This document shows, in pieces, positions 43,723 through 52,790 of a DNA stretch of 64,000 nucleotides. This stretch comes from Alphaproteobacteria bacterium. GTDB lineage: Bacteria; Pseudomonadota; Alphaproteobacteria; Rs-D84. Position 1 is the stretch's first letter. Every line of letters begins with the position of its first letter. The position numbers and the translations under genes were made by a program. The stretch spans positions 832 through 64,831 of the forward strand of contig JAFQOQ010000006.1 in the NCBI GenBank assembly GCA_017403085.1. Reading direction: 5' to 3'. The notes beneath the pieces were generated by a model, which did not search any database, was not told the origin of the DNA, and saw only the letters and a program-made list of their open reading frames with translations.

Positions 43723-45780
43723 TTACCCGACCGTCAAATCTTTGCCTTTGACATCGACATAGACTGTGCCACCTTCGCGGATGGTGTCTGATAATATCAA
43801 ATCGGCAATTTTATCTTCGACTGCGGATGTTATCAGACGCTTTAATGGGCGGGCGCCAAATACGGGATCGTATCCATTGTCGCCCAACCATTTGATGGCT
43901 TTGTCGGTAATATTTATTCCGATGTGGCGTTCTGATAGGCGTTTTTCCAGATTGTGCAGTTGAATCTTAACAATTCCTGCCATTACGTCTTTGCCCAATG
44001 GGTTAAAGAATACGATTTCATCAATTCGATTGATGAATTCTGGACGGAATTGTTTTTTTACTGCGTCCATATCTGGTAAATTACTGGTCATAATAATGAT
44101 TGTGTTGGTGAAATTGACAACGTGACCCTGGCCATCTGTCAGACGTCCATCATCCAGAATTTGTAAAAATACATTAAAGACATCTGGGTTGGCGTTTTCA
44201 ATTTCATCAAACAGTAATACTTGATATGGGCGACGGCGAACACTTTCTGTTAATACGCCGCCTTGTTCGTATCCAACATATCCCGGGGGACTGCCGATTA
44301 GGCGCGATACAGAATGTGGTTCCATATATTCACTCATATCGATACGCGTCATGGCCGCGTCGTCATTGAATAAGTATTCGGCCAGTGCCTTGGCTACTTC
44401 GGTTTTGCCAACGCCCGTTGGGCCCAAGAACATAAAACTGCCCGATGGGCGACGTGGGTCAGACAGACCGGCGCGACTGCGACGTATGGCGCGCGCAACC
44501 ACGGACAGGGCATTGTCTTGGCCAACAACACGTTTGCGTAATTCGTCTTCGATATTTAATAATTTTGATTGTTCTTCGGCATTAAGTCTGTCTGCGGGTA
44601 CGCCCGTCCATTTGCTAACCACTGCGGCAATATGTTCCGGTAATACAGTCTTGTATTCTTTGGCGTCCGCATTCATTTTGCGAATGTTTTCTTCTAATTC
44701 TGGAATTTTACCGTATTGCAATGCGGATGCTTTTTCATAATCGCCGTTACGCATTGCGGTGGCAACTTCGGCCTTGGCGGCGTCCAGGGCAGCCATGGCA
44801 TCGGACAGACCGCGCATCTTTTGTTGTTCGGATTGCCATTCGGCGGTTAATTTTTTTGATTCCGCTTCGACTGTTGCAATTTGGTTTTCCAATTCGTTTA
44901 GGCGCTTTTTTGATTCTTCATCTTTTTCTTTTTTTAATGCCTGTTGTTCGATTTTTAATTGCATTAAGTGTCTATCGACTTCGTCCAGTTTATCTGGTTT
45001 TGATGCGATTTCAATACGTACGCGTGCTGCGGCTTCGTCAATTAAATCGATTGCTTTGTCTGGTAAAAATCTGTCGGTGATGTATCTGTTTGATAATTTT
45101 ACCGCAGATACCAGTGCCGCATCAGCAATGCGAACGCCATGGTGACCTTCGTATTTTTCTTTTAAACCGCGCAGAATTGAAATTGTGTCATCGACGGTTG
45201 GTTCATCAACATATACGGGTTGAAACCGTCGTGCAAGTGCGGCATCTTTTTCAATATACTGGCGATATTCGTCTAGTGTTGTTGCCCCCAGGCAGTGCAG
45301 TTCGCCACGCGCCAACATTGGTTTTAACAGGTTTGCGGCGTCCATGCTGCCTTCGCCTTTGCCGGCACCGACCAATGTGTGTAATTCGTCAATGAACAGA
45401 ATTATTTCGCCGTTGGAATCTTTGACTGCTTTTAAAATGGCTTTTAATCGGCCTTCGAATTGGCCGCGAAATGATGCGCCGGCCATTAGTGCGCCCATGT
45501 CTAAGGATAATAATTTTTTCTTTAACAGGTTTTCGGGTACGTCGCCTGAGATAATACGCGTTGCCAGTCCTTCGACAATTGCAGTTTTGCCAACCCCGGG
45601 ATTCCCAATTAATACGGGGTTATTTTTTGTTCTGCGTGATAATACCTGGATGGTGCGGCGAATTTCTTCGTCGCGTCCGATAACCGGGTCCAGTTTTCCG
45701 TCCGATGCCAATTTTGTAAAATCAGTTGTGTATTTTGCAATGGCTTGTTCGGGTGTTTCTTGTAAATCATCTGGATTCAT
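43723..45780 (-). CDS. clpB: ClpB disaggregase lacking the N-terminal domain
   Basis: 685 aa. It begins ...[58 protein letters not shown] (NBD1 Walker A). A long middle coiled-coil and a second NBD ([15 protein letters not shown]) follow. Confidence 0.9.
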   Translation of the reverse strand: MNPDDLQETPEQAIAKYTTDFTKLASDGKLDPVIGRDEEIRRTIQVLSRRTKNNPVLIGNPGVGKTAIVEGLATRIISGDVPENLLKKKLLSLDMGALMAGASFRGQFEGRLKAILKAVKDSNGEIILFIDELHTLVGAGKGEGSMDAANLLKPMLARGELHCLGATTLDEYRQYIEKDAALARRFQPVYVDEPTVDDTISILRGLKEKYEGHHGVRIADAALVSAVKLSNRYITDRFLPDKAIDLIDEAAARVRIEIASKPDKLDEVDRHLMQLKIEQQALKKEKDEESKKRLNELENQIATVEAESKKLTAEWQSEQQKMRGLSDAMAALDAAKAEVATAMRNGDYEKASALQYGKIPELEENIRKMNADAKEYKTVLPEHIAAVVSKWTGVPADRLNAEEQSKLLNIEDELRKRVVGQDNALSVVARAIRRSRAGLSDPRRPSGSFMFLGPTGVGKTEVAKALAEYLFNDDAAMTRIDMSEYMEPHSVSRLIGSPPGYVGYEQGGVLTESVRRRPYQVLLFDEIENANPDVFNVFLQILDDGRLTDGQGHVVNFTNTIIIMTSNLPDMDAVKKQFRPEFINRIDEIVFFNPLGKDVMAGIVKIQLHNLEKRLSERHIGINITDKAIKWLGDNGYDPVFGARPLKRLITSAVEDKIADLILSDTIREGGTVYVDVKGKDLTVG

Positions 45781-45807
45781 AGAATGCTCCTTTTGAATTG
45801 CTTTTAC

Positions 45808-45840
45808 CTATATATAGTGCCATAAAAACAGCTTTCAAGA
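45808..45840 (-). promoter_or_regulatory. possible sigma32 (RpoH)-type heat-shock promoter of clpB
   Basis: The minus strand reads CTTGAAA (45839-45833), 13 nt, CACTATAT. This resembles CTTGAAA-N13-14-CCCCATnT. Confidence 0.35.
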
Positions 45841-45917
45841 CACAGGAACAAATCCCAAATACATTGCTTGCGATGGGGTGTTTTTTTGGCTAGGATTAAA
45901 AAAAAGGGGTGTGTGCA

Positions 45918-47348
45918 ATGTCAATATTTACCGATGCAGATATTCAACAGATACAAGGACATGGTTTGACCATGGATGTTGTTAATCAACAACTGGATAA
46001 TTTTAAAACAGGGTTCCCATTTGCTAATATAGAATCTGCTGCTGTAATCGGGCATGGGGTGCGGTCTGTGCCGGTGGCAGAAATGGCAGATTTTTATATG
46101 CAAAATAAAGATACGTATAATATTGTTAAATTTGTGCCTGCATCTGGGGCGGCAACCCGCATGTTCAAAGATTTATTTGAATTCTTGGCGTCTGGGGTGA
46201 TGAACCGGACAACCCAGGATGTGTTGAATAATTTGGATAAATTTGCGTTCTATGATGATTTGATGAAAATTTTGCCGGAAAATGCCACGCAGAATCAAAT
46301 TATTGAATGTTTGGTTGGGGGATGCGGATTGAATTATGGTGCGCTACCTAAGGCTTTGTTGCGGTTTCATAAATATGACGATGTTAATCGTACTGCGCTG
46401 GAAGAACATTTGGTCGAAGGGGCGCAATATGCGTCGTCAAATGGTGTTGTTAAGATTCACTTTACAATATCGCCAGAACATCGTGATGGATTTAATGCGT
46501 GTTTGACAGATGTATTGCCACGATATCAGGCGCAGTTTAATGTTAAATATGAAATTTCTATGTCGGAACAGAAAAAGTACACAGATACAATTGCCGTCAA
46601 TATGGATAATACGCCGTTTAGAAATGATGATGGAACGTTGCTGTTTCGGCCGGCGGGGCATGGGGCATTGATTGAAAACCTTAATGATATTGATGCAGAT
46701 ATAGTGTTTATTAAGAATATTGATAATGTGTGTCCTGATAATTTGCGCGGCAATACGTTGCGGTATAAGCGCGGTTTGGCAGGGCTTGCAATGCAGATTC
46801 AGCAACAGATATTTGATTTTATGAAGGATTTGGATGCAGGATGTGCAGATATGGGGGCGATACGTCAATTTATTACGAAAAATTTGGGATTTGTTGTTAC
46901 CGATAAGACCGATGTTAGACGCGTATTAAACCGACCACTGCGTGTCTGTGGTATAATTAAAAATACTGGCGAACCTGGTGGGGGACCGTTCTGGGTGCGT
47001 GGTGAAGATGGCAGTTTGTCATTGCAGATTGTAGAGCCTGGGCAAATAAATCCAAAAGATATATCTATATTAAAAGATGGCGAGTTTTTCAGCCCGACGG
47101 ATTTGGTTTGTATGCCGCGTGATTACCAGGGGAATAAATTTAATTTAACAGATTTTGTTGATGTGAATGCTGGCTTTATTGCCGAAAAATCAAAGGCGGG
47201 GCGGCCTTTGCGTGCGATGGAGCGGCCTGGGCTGTGGAATGGTGCAATGGCGGGATGGAATACGATTTTTGTAGAAACACCGTTGGATACATTTACGCCG
47301 GTAAAGGTTGTGACAGACCTGTTGAAAACATCACATCAATCAAAATAA
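45918..47348 (+). CDS. DUF4301-like protein (UDP-sugar pyrophosphorylase-like fold suspected)
   Basis: MSIFTDADIQQIQGHGLTMDVVNQQLDNFKTGFPF matches my memory of DUF4301 N-termini. An RPAGHGALIENLN motif is present. Confidence 0.5.
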   Translation: MSIFTDADIQQIQGHGLTMDVVNQQLDNFKTGFPFANIESAAVIGHGVRSVPVAEMADFYMQNKDTYNIVKFVPASGAATRMFKDLFEFLASGVMNRTTQDVLNNLDKFAFYDDLMKILPENATQNQIIECLVGGCGLNYGALPKALLRFHKYDDVNRTALEEHLVEGAQYASSNGVVKIHFTISPEHRDGFNACLTDVLPRYQAQFNVKYEISMSEQKKYTDTIAVNMDNTPFRNDDGTLLFRPAGHGALIENLNDIDADIVFIKNIDNVCPDNLRGNTLRYKRGLAGLAMQIQQQIFDFMKDLDAGCADMGAIRQFITKNLGFVVTDKTDVRRVLNRPLRVCGIIKNTGEPGGGPFWVRGEDGSLSLQIVEPGQINPKDISILKDGEFFSPTDLVCMPRDYQGNKFNLTDFVDVNAGFIAEKSKAGRPLRAMERPGLWNGAMAGWNTIFVETPLDTFTPVKVVTDLLKTSHQSK

Positions 47349-47368
47349 TAAAAAATGCAAAAGATTAC

Positions 47369-47397
47369 TTGACTTTTGATGTTTTTTGTTATAAATT
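47369..47397 (+). promoter_or_regulatory. sigma70-like promoter of rpmB
   Basis: TTGACT (47369-47374), 17-nt spacer, TAAATT (47392-47397). Confidence 0.45.
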
Positions 47398-47429
47398 TGG
47401 GTTCGCTATAAATTAAAAGGTAGAGTATT

Positions 47430-47798
47430 ATGCCACGTGTATGTAAAGTTACAGGTAAGAAAACAGAAGTTGGGATGAATGTTTCTCACTCTAATCGTCG
47501 TACAAAACGTACGTTCTTGCCGAATTTGCAAGTTTTAAAGTTCCACAGTGATATTTTGGGTCGCGATTTTTCGTTGCGTATTTCAACGGCTGGGTTGCGT
47601 ACATTGACCAAGCATGGCGGTTTGGATGCGTATGTTATGGCGAAACCTGTATCACGCTTGACTGACGACATGGCTGCAATTAAAAAAGCCATTGAAAAGA
47701 AGGCCGGAAAGCCTGCGGCACCTGCGAAAAAACCTGTTCATAAGGCAAATCGTAGTGCCCGTTTGGTTAAAAAAGTTGAAGCAAAACAGGCTGCGTAA
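47430..47798 (+). CDS. rpmB: 50S ribosomal protein L28 with K/A-rich C-terminal extension
   Basis: MPRVCKVTGKKTEVGMNVSHSNRRTKRTFLPNLQ is a canonical L28 N-terminus. The protein is 122 aa in total. Confidence 0.9.
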   Translation: MPRVCKVTGKKTEVGMNVSHSNRRTKRTFLPNLQVLKFHSDILGRDFSLRISTAGLRTLTKHGGLDAYVMAKPVSRLTDDMAAIKKAIEKKAGKPAAPAKKPVHKANRSARLVKKVEAKQAA

Positions 47799-47815
47799 AT
47801 AACAGTTTGTGCTTT

Positions 47816-47900
47816 GGCCCCGTGGCGGAATTGGTAGACGCGCTTGACTCAAAATCAAGTTCTGCAAGGAGTGTCGGTTCGAGTCCGACCAGGGCCACCA
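47816..47900 (+). tRNA. tRNA-Leu (anticodon CAA), CCA encoded
   Basis: GGCCCCG-TG-GCGGAATTGGTAGACGCG, anticodon arm CTTGA-CTCAAAA-TCAAG, long variable arm, T-loop GGTTCGAGTCC, 3' ACCA. Confidence 0.9.
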
Positions 47901-47905
47901 GATTC

Positions 47906-47932
47906 AGTCCCCATTTTTGGGGACTTTTTTTA
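47906..47932 (+). terminator. intrinsic terminator
   Basis: agtcccc-attttt-ggggact hairpin followed by a T7 run. Confidence 0.75.
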
Positions 47933-48010
47933 TTGTTTTTGCATTTTTATGGATTGATTTCTTGGTGCGCATTGGATTATCATTTCATCATGTTTTTTTA
48001 GGGGATTGGC

Positions 48011-50632
48011 ATGAGTGAAACTTTACGTGGATTGACCGCACAACAGGTTATAGATAGCAGAAATAAGTATGGTATGAATTTAATGCCGCGCCCAAAGTTG
48101 CGTTCGGCGTGGGATTTTTTTGTCGAGGTGTTTAAAGATAAGTTAAATATAGTCTTGTTGGTTATGATGCTGATGTTCGTCGGTTTAGGTATGGCTGGCT
48201 ATGGCAGTATATACGAGGCATTGGGAATTGGTATTGTGTTGTTGGTGGTGGCGATTACAACGGTTGCAACAAAGTTAAAAAGCCAACGTAGTGCAGAAGA
48301 GTTATATCAAAAATCATCTTTGTTATATACAAATGTGATACGTGATGGCCGGGTCGTTCATATTGATAGCGCACAAATTGTGGTCGGTGATATCGTTGTC
48401 TTGCGTGCCGGAGAGCGCATTTGTGCAGATGGCTATATCGTTGATGGGACCGTGGATGTGAATAATGCCATTTTAAATGGCGAAAGTGCAGAGGTCAAAA
48501 AAATACCAGTGTGTGACGGGGAATATAATGCCGATGCACCAGTAAATGCCGATAGTTATACGGATAGTCACAGTGTATTTGCAGGTACAACCGTTATCAG
48601 CGGCGAGGCCCATATGCGGGTTGTGCGTATCGGTGGAAATACCGAAAATGCCAAGATTATGGCGACGTTATATTCTATTTCAGATGTTAAAACAACGTTG
48701 CAGATGCAATTGGATAAATTGGCCGATATGATAAGTAAAATTGGGTCTGTGTGTGCGCTGGTTATTTTTTGTGTTCTAATGTTCGTGCATTTGGGTGATT
48801 CTGGTTTTCGGTTGGATGCATCTTTGATATATGTTGTGTTCAGTTCATTGACGGTCGCATTAACTATCTTTGTTGCGGCTGTTCCCGAAGGGTTGCCATT
48901 TATTATCGGAATCATTACCAGTCAGAATGTTAATCGTATGATACGATCGAATATTCTGGCCAAAAATCCCCATAAAATTCCTGAGGCTGGAAATATTCAA
49001 TTATTATGCACAGATAAAACAGGGACATTGACATGTGGGTTCTTGCAACCGGTGCATAATTTTGATGCCTGGGGCGAAGATATTGGGTTTGATGATGTCC
49101 GTGGCGGTGTGGTCAAAGATATATTTTTGACAAATGTTGCGCTGAATACAGATTGTGTTTATGACGATAATGGCGAAGTTGTTGGGGGAAATTCTACTGG
49201 GCGTGCGCTGTTTGGTGCGGTCAAGGATTTGTCGACGAAAATAACGGAATGTCAAAAAACAATTCGTGTGGTGGATACTATCTTGTTTGATAGTGCAAAT
49301 AAATTCGCGGCGGTTAAAACGCAGGAAAAACAGAATAACTGTTATTACTTGGGGGCGCCAGAAATTATTTTAGCAAATGCGAAGTACTGTATGCGACAGG
49401 ATGGCCAAATCGAAAAAATCAATAAAGAATATATAGATAATTTAATTCAACAAAACGCAAAACAGGCAATGCGATTGGTTGCGATGGCGGTTAGTAATTC
49501 GTGGGCAACAGATAAGCATGTGCCAGAAGATTTGATTTTTGTATCGCTGGTTGCAATGCGCGATCAGGTGCGTCCAGGCGTTCGTGATGTTGTGCATACA
49601 ATGGATAAATCTGGTGTTCAGGTAATGATGATAACAGGTGATATATTGGATACAGCGCATGCAATTGCCATCGACTGTGGAATTGTGTCTGGGAAAGGTG
49701 ATTTGGCAATAACGGCGGCGGATTTGGATGCGTTGTCAGATGATAGGGCAAAAGAATTGCTGCCAAAAATCAAGGTGATAGCGCGCGCAACACCCGCAAC
49801 CAAGTTACGTGTGGTACAATTGGCGCAATCAATTGGTCTGTGTATCGGAATGTGTGGTGACGGAACAAACGATGCGCCGGCGTTAAAGCGGGCAGATGTT
49901 GGTTTCGCAATGGGTGATGGGACCGATGTTTCCAAAGAAGCAGGGGATATTATCATTACCGACAATAATTTTATATCGATTGTTAATTGTATCTTGTTGG
50001 GGCGGACCTTTGTTCATAATGTACGAAGCTTTTTACGGTTTCAATTACCGATAAATTTTTCGTTGGTGGTATTAAGTATATTGTTCCCACTGTTATTCGG
50101 GTTGGATGCCTTTACTGCTGTGCAGATATTGCTGGTTAATATTGTTATGGACAGTTTAAATTCTTTGGCATTTGGGGGCGAACCACCACATAAAGAATAT
50201 CTGTCTGAGCCCGCCCAGGGAAAGAACGCGGCATTGCTATCTAAATCAATGTTGGGACAGGTGATATGGACTACGTTTGGTTTTTGTTGCGTGTTTGCCA
50301 TGATGGAATTGTTAAACGGACGTGGGGTGTTTGCGTCGAATGATGTGTATATGTCTGCCAGGTTTGCGTTGCTGGTTGTGATGGCGATTGTAAATGGCTT
50401 TTGTGTTCGCGTGGGTGGATTTAATATTTTCTGCGGATTGATGCAAAATCCAATGTTTGTCCTGGTTGCGATTGGTGTTGTTGGTGCAACTGTTCTGGCG
50501 GTGTCTTTTGGTGGCAGTGTGCTGCAGTTAGTACCGTTAAATTTATCGCAATGGATGATTGTGTTGGGGCTGGCGTGTGCAATTGTTCCAATTAATTTTG
50601 CGTATCGATTAATGGAGCGTAAAAAACGCTAG
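48011..50632 (+). CDS. cation-transporting P-type ATPase (type II, Ca2+-ATPase-like)
   Basis: Motifs CTDKTGTLT (phosphorylation site), MITGD and GDGTNDAPALKRADVG, with about 10 TM segments. 873 aa. Confidence 0.85.
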   Translation: MSETLRGLTAQQVIDSRNKYGMNLMPRPKLRSAWDFFVEVFKDKLNIVLLVMMLMFVGLGMAGYGSIYEALGIGIVLLVVAITTVATKLKSQRSAEELYQKSSLLYTNVIRDGRVVHIDSAQIVVGDIVVLRAGERICADGYIVDGTVDVNNAILNGESAEVKKIPVCDGEYNADAPVNADSYTDSHSVFAGTTVISGEAHMRVVRIGGNTENAKIMATLYSISDVKTTLQMQLDKLADMISKIGSVCALVIFCVLMFVHLGDSGFRLDASLIYVVFSSLTVALTIFVAAVPEGLPFIIGIITSQNVNRMIRSNILAKNPHKIPEAGNIQLLCTDKTGTLTCGFLQPVHNFDAWGEDIGFDDVRGGVVKDIFLTNVALNTDCVYDDNGEVVGGNSTGRALFGAVKDLSTKITECQKTIRVVDTILFDSANKFAAVKTQEKQNNCYYLGAPEIILANAKYCMRQDGQIEKINKEYIDNLIQQNAKQAMRLVAMAVSNSWATDKHVPEDLIFVSLVAMRDQVRPGVRDVVHTMDKSGVQVMMITGDILDTAHAIAIDCGIVSGKGDLAITAADLDALSDDRAKELLPKIKVIARATPATKLRVVQLAQSIGLCIGMCGDGTNDAPALKRADVGFAMGDGTDVSKEAGDIIITDNNFISIVNCILLGRTFVHNVRSFLRFQLPINFSLVVLSILFPLLFGLDAFTAVQILLVNIVMDSLNSLAFGGEPPHKEYLSEPAQGKNAALLSKSMLGQVIWTTFGFCCVFAMMELLNGRGVFASNDVYMSARFALLVVMAIVNGFCVRVGGFNIFCGLMQNPMFVLVAIGVVGATVLAVSFGGSVLQLVPLNLSQWMIVLGLACAIVPINFAYRLMERKKR

Positions 50633-50663
50633 AAAAAACCCGCCAATTGGCGGGTAATTTTTA
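50633..50663. terminator. bidirectional intrinsic terminator
   Basis: A6 run, acccgcc-aatt-ggcgggt hairpin, T-rich run, between convergent genes. Confidence 0.7.
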
Positions 50664-51389
50664 CATTACAAAATCTTCGCCCAGATAGACCTTTTTTACC
50701 ATTTCGTCTTGGACGATTTCTGCGGTTGTGCCGTGCTTTAAGATTTTGCCATCGTGCAAGACGTAACTGCGGTCGGTAATGCCCAATGTTTCACGTACAT
50801 TGTGATCCGTGATGATAACGCCCAGACCACGATTTTTTAATTGTGACACCAAACTGCGGATTTCATTAACCGCGATTGGATCAATACCCGCAAAAGGTTC
50901 GTCCAGCAATATGAATTTTGGATCGTTGGCCAGAGCGCGCGCGATTTCAACGCGACGGCGTTCGCCGCCAGATAATGCGGTTGCAGGACTGCGACGCAGG
51001 CTGGATATGGAAAATTCTTCTAGTAATGAATCAAGCTTTTTCTGGCGCTTTTTTTTGTCAGGTTCGACAACTTCTAGGATTGCCATAATATTTTGTTCAA
51101 CGGTCAGACCACGAAAAACACTGTTTTCTTGGGGCAGGTAACCGATATGTAGGCGGGCGCGCTGATAGAACGGCAGGTGTGTGATGTCCTGGGAATTTAA
51201 AAATATTTGGCCCCTAGTTGCAGATAATTGGCCGGTAATGCAATAAAAAGCGGTGGTTTTTCCGGCACCGTTTGGCCCCAGCAGGCCGACCGATTCGCCT
51301 TGGTGTGCCTCTAATGAAATGTCTTTGATAACCATACGTTTGCCGTATGATTTTGATAAATGTTGAACACGTAATACAGATTGCTTCAT
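50661..51389 (-). CDS. lptB: LPS export ABC transporter ATP-binding protein LptB
   Basis: LRVQHLSKSYGKRMVIKDISL...GLLGPNGAGKTTAFYCITG, LSGGERRRVEIARAL, ILLDEPFAGIDP. 242 aa. The gene lies downstream of an LptC-like gene. Confidence 0.85.
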   Translation of the reverse strand: MKQSVLRVQHLSKSYGKRMVIKDISLEAHQGESVGLLGPNGAGKTTAFYCITGQLSATRGQIFLNSQDITHLPFYQRARLHIGYLPQENSVFRGLTVEQNIMAILEVVEPDKKKRQKKLDSLLEEFSISSLRRSPATALSGGERRRVEIARALANDPKFILLDEPFAGIDPIAVNEIRSLVSQLKNRGLGVIITDHNVRETLGITDRSYVLHDGKILKHGTTAEIVQDEMVKKVYLGEDFVM

Positions 51390-51865
51390 AGTTTTATCAC
51401 CAGTTCTTCTGTTCTTATTTTATCGCCATTACTGGAATCAACACGGACGTTGCCCAGCAACTTAATTGTCTTGGTGGCGCGATTGTATTGCCCCTGATTT
51501 GCAGATATATTGTCTGTTATGCGGTGGCCGTCGGATTCGCGAGTGACCGTACCAGATACAATGTCCAAGAAAACAATGTCTGGTTTTTCGTATTCTTGTC
51601 GGCCTGTTTTTGCCTTGATTTTAAATGGCTGGCCATTTTTATCGATGCCAGAAAAAGACGCGCCGGACATTTTGAATTGATTGCTGACGATGTCGGTCAT
51701 GTTGATGGCGGAAATTGGCGTCCATAATAATTGTTTGGTAAATAGTGATCCTGCGACCAATGCGGCAACCATAACCAACCCCCAGCCTGTGAAAAAAAAT
51801 TGCCACAGACGTTTCAGGCGACGATGCTTTGAAAAAATTATAAAATTACGTTTATCTTGTTGCAC
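51386..51865 (-). CDS. lptC: LptC-like membrane-anchored LPS export protein
   Basis: 159 aa with an N-terminal TM (FFFTGWGLVMVAALVAGSLF) and a beta-jellyroll-like remainder. There is a 4-nt overlap with lptB. Confidence 0.5.
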   Translation of the reverse strand: MQQDKRNFIIFSKHRRLKRLWQFFFTGWGLVMVAALVAGSLFTKQLLWTPISAINMTDIVSNQFKMSGASFSGIDKNGQPFKIKAKTGRQEYEKPDIVFLDIVSGTVTRESDGHRITDNISANQGQYNRATKTIKLLGNVRVDSSNGDKIRTEELVIKL

Positions 51866-51951
51866 ACTCGCAGTTTAGCGCGTGCAGAATGAAAAAGCAA
51901 TTTTTATATTTATTTCGTATTCGTTTTATGTTATACTGACGTTTAAGAGAG

Positions 51952-52758
51952 ATGAAAAAAATTTTGCTTCTTTTTATTGTTGCTGCTTGTTTGGCGCCAA
52001 GTGTGCCTGCATTTGCAATTACGATTAAAAAAGCGGCGCCTGTTGCAACGAAACCGGCAGAAAAAACAGATGTGGGTGCCAGTTTGGTGCCGACTGTCTT
52101 GTCGTTGGTTAGTAATGTTCAACAATTAACGCAAAAGCAAAAAGAACTGACCGAAGAATGTATCCCAACTACACAAGAATTAACCTTTGTTAATAATATG
52201 GTCAAAGAGTGGGCAAAAACTGGCGCGTCCAGCGCGGGGGAAATTGAACGTTCAATGAAAATAAAACGTTGCCAGACACCAAGTGGTGGTTATAGTACGT
52301 CGGTTAAAATTGCTGCGGGTTCTCAGGATGATGTTTGTTATGACTATTTCGGTTCTGATGCAGATAAAGATATGGTATGGTATCAATTCCCAATGGCAAC
52401 CAAGGCGACATATTGTGCGGATGGTGCATTGACGTGTGACCAAAAAAGCCAAAGAACTGTTTCAAATATTTATGATGTGTTTAATTTAATTGATTTTTCA
52501 GATGCGGATTATGGTACAGAATCTGATGTGACAATGGCAGCAAAATTGATGGCAAAAATGGAACAGTGTTCGTATGCCAAGATAAATGCGAAAAAGCGTC
52601 AGATGTGGCAGGGATTCTTGACAGACACAATCAGTGGCGTTGGCCAGAAAACAAATACGGGTACAATCATGCAATCTGTTGGCGGTATGTCGGGCCAGGG
52701 ATTAGGTGGCGCACTGCAATCGTTGGGTGGTGTTGCGACACAGTTTCTGAATAAATAA
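51952..52758 (+). CDS. secreted hypothetical protein with 8 Cys and a Gly-rich C-terminus
   Basis: Signal MKKILLLFIVAACLAPSVPAFA and tail GGMSGQGLGGALQSLGGVATQFLNK. I recognise no family. Confidence 0.65.
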   Translation: MKKILLLFIVAACLAPSVPAFAITIKKAAPVATKPAEKTDVGASLVPTVLSLVSNVQQLTQKQKELTEECIPTTQELTFVNNMVKEWAKTGASSAGEIERSMKIKRCQTPSGGYSTSVKIAAGSQDDVCYDYFGSDADKDMVWYQFPMATKATYCADGALTCDQKSQRTVSNIYDVFNLIDFSDADYGTESDVTMAAKLMAKMEQCSYAKINAKKRQMWQGFLTDTISGVGQKTNTGTIMQSVGGMSGQGLGGALQSLGGVATQFLNK

Positions 52759-52790
52759 AAACGCCGAAACGGCGTTTTTATTTTTGTTTT
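52757..52790. terminator. bidirectional intrinsic terminator
   Basis: acgccg-aaa-cggcgt hairpin flanked by A and T runs. Confidence 0.7.
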
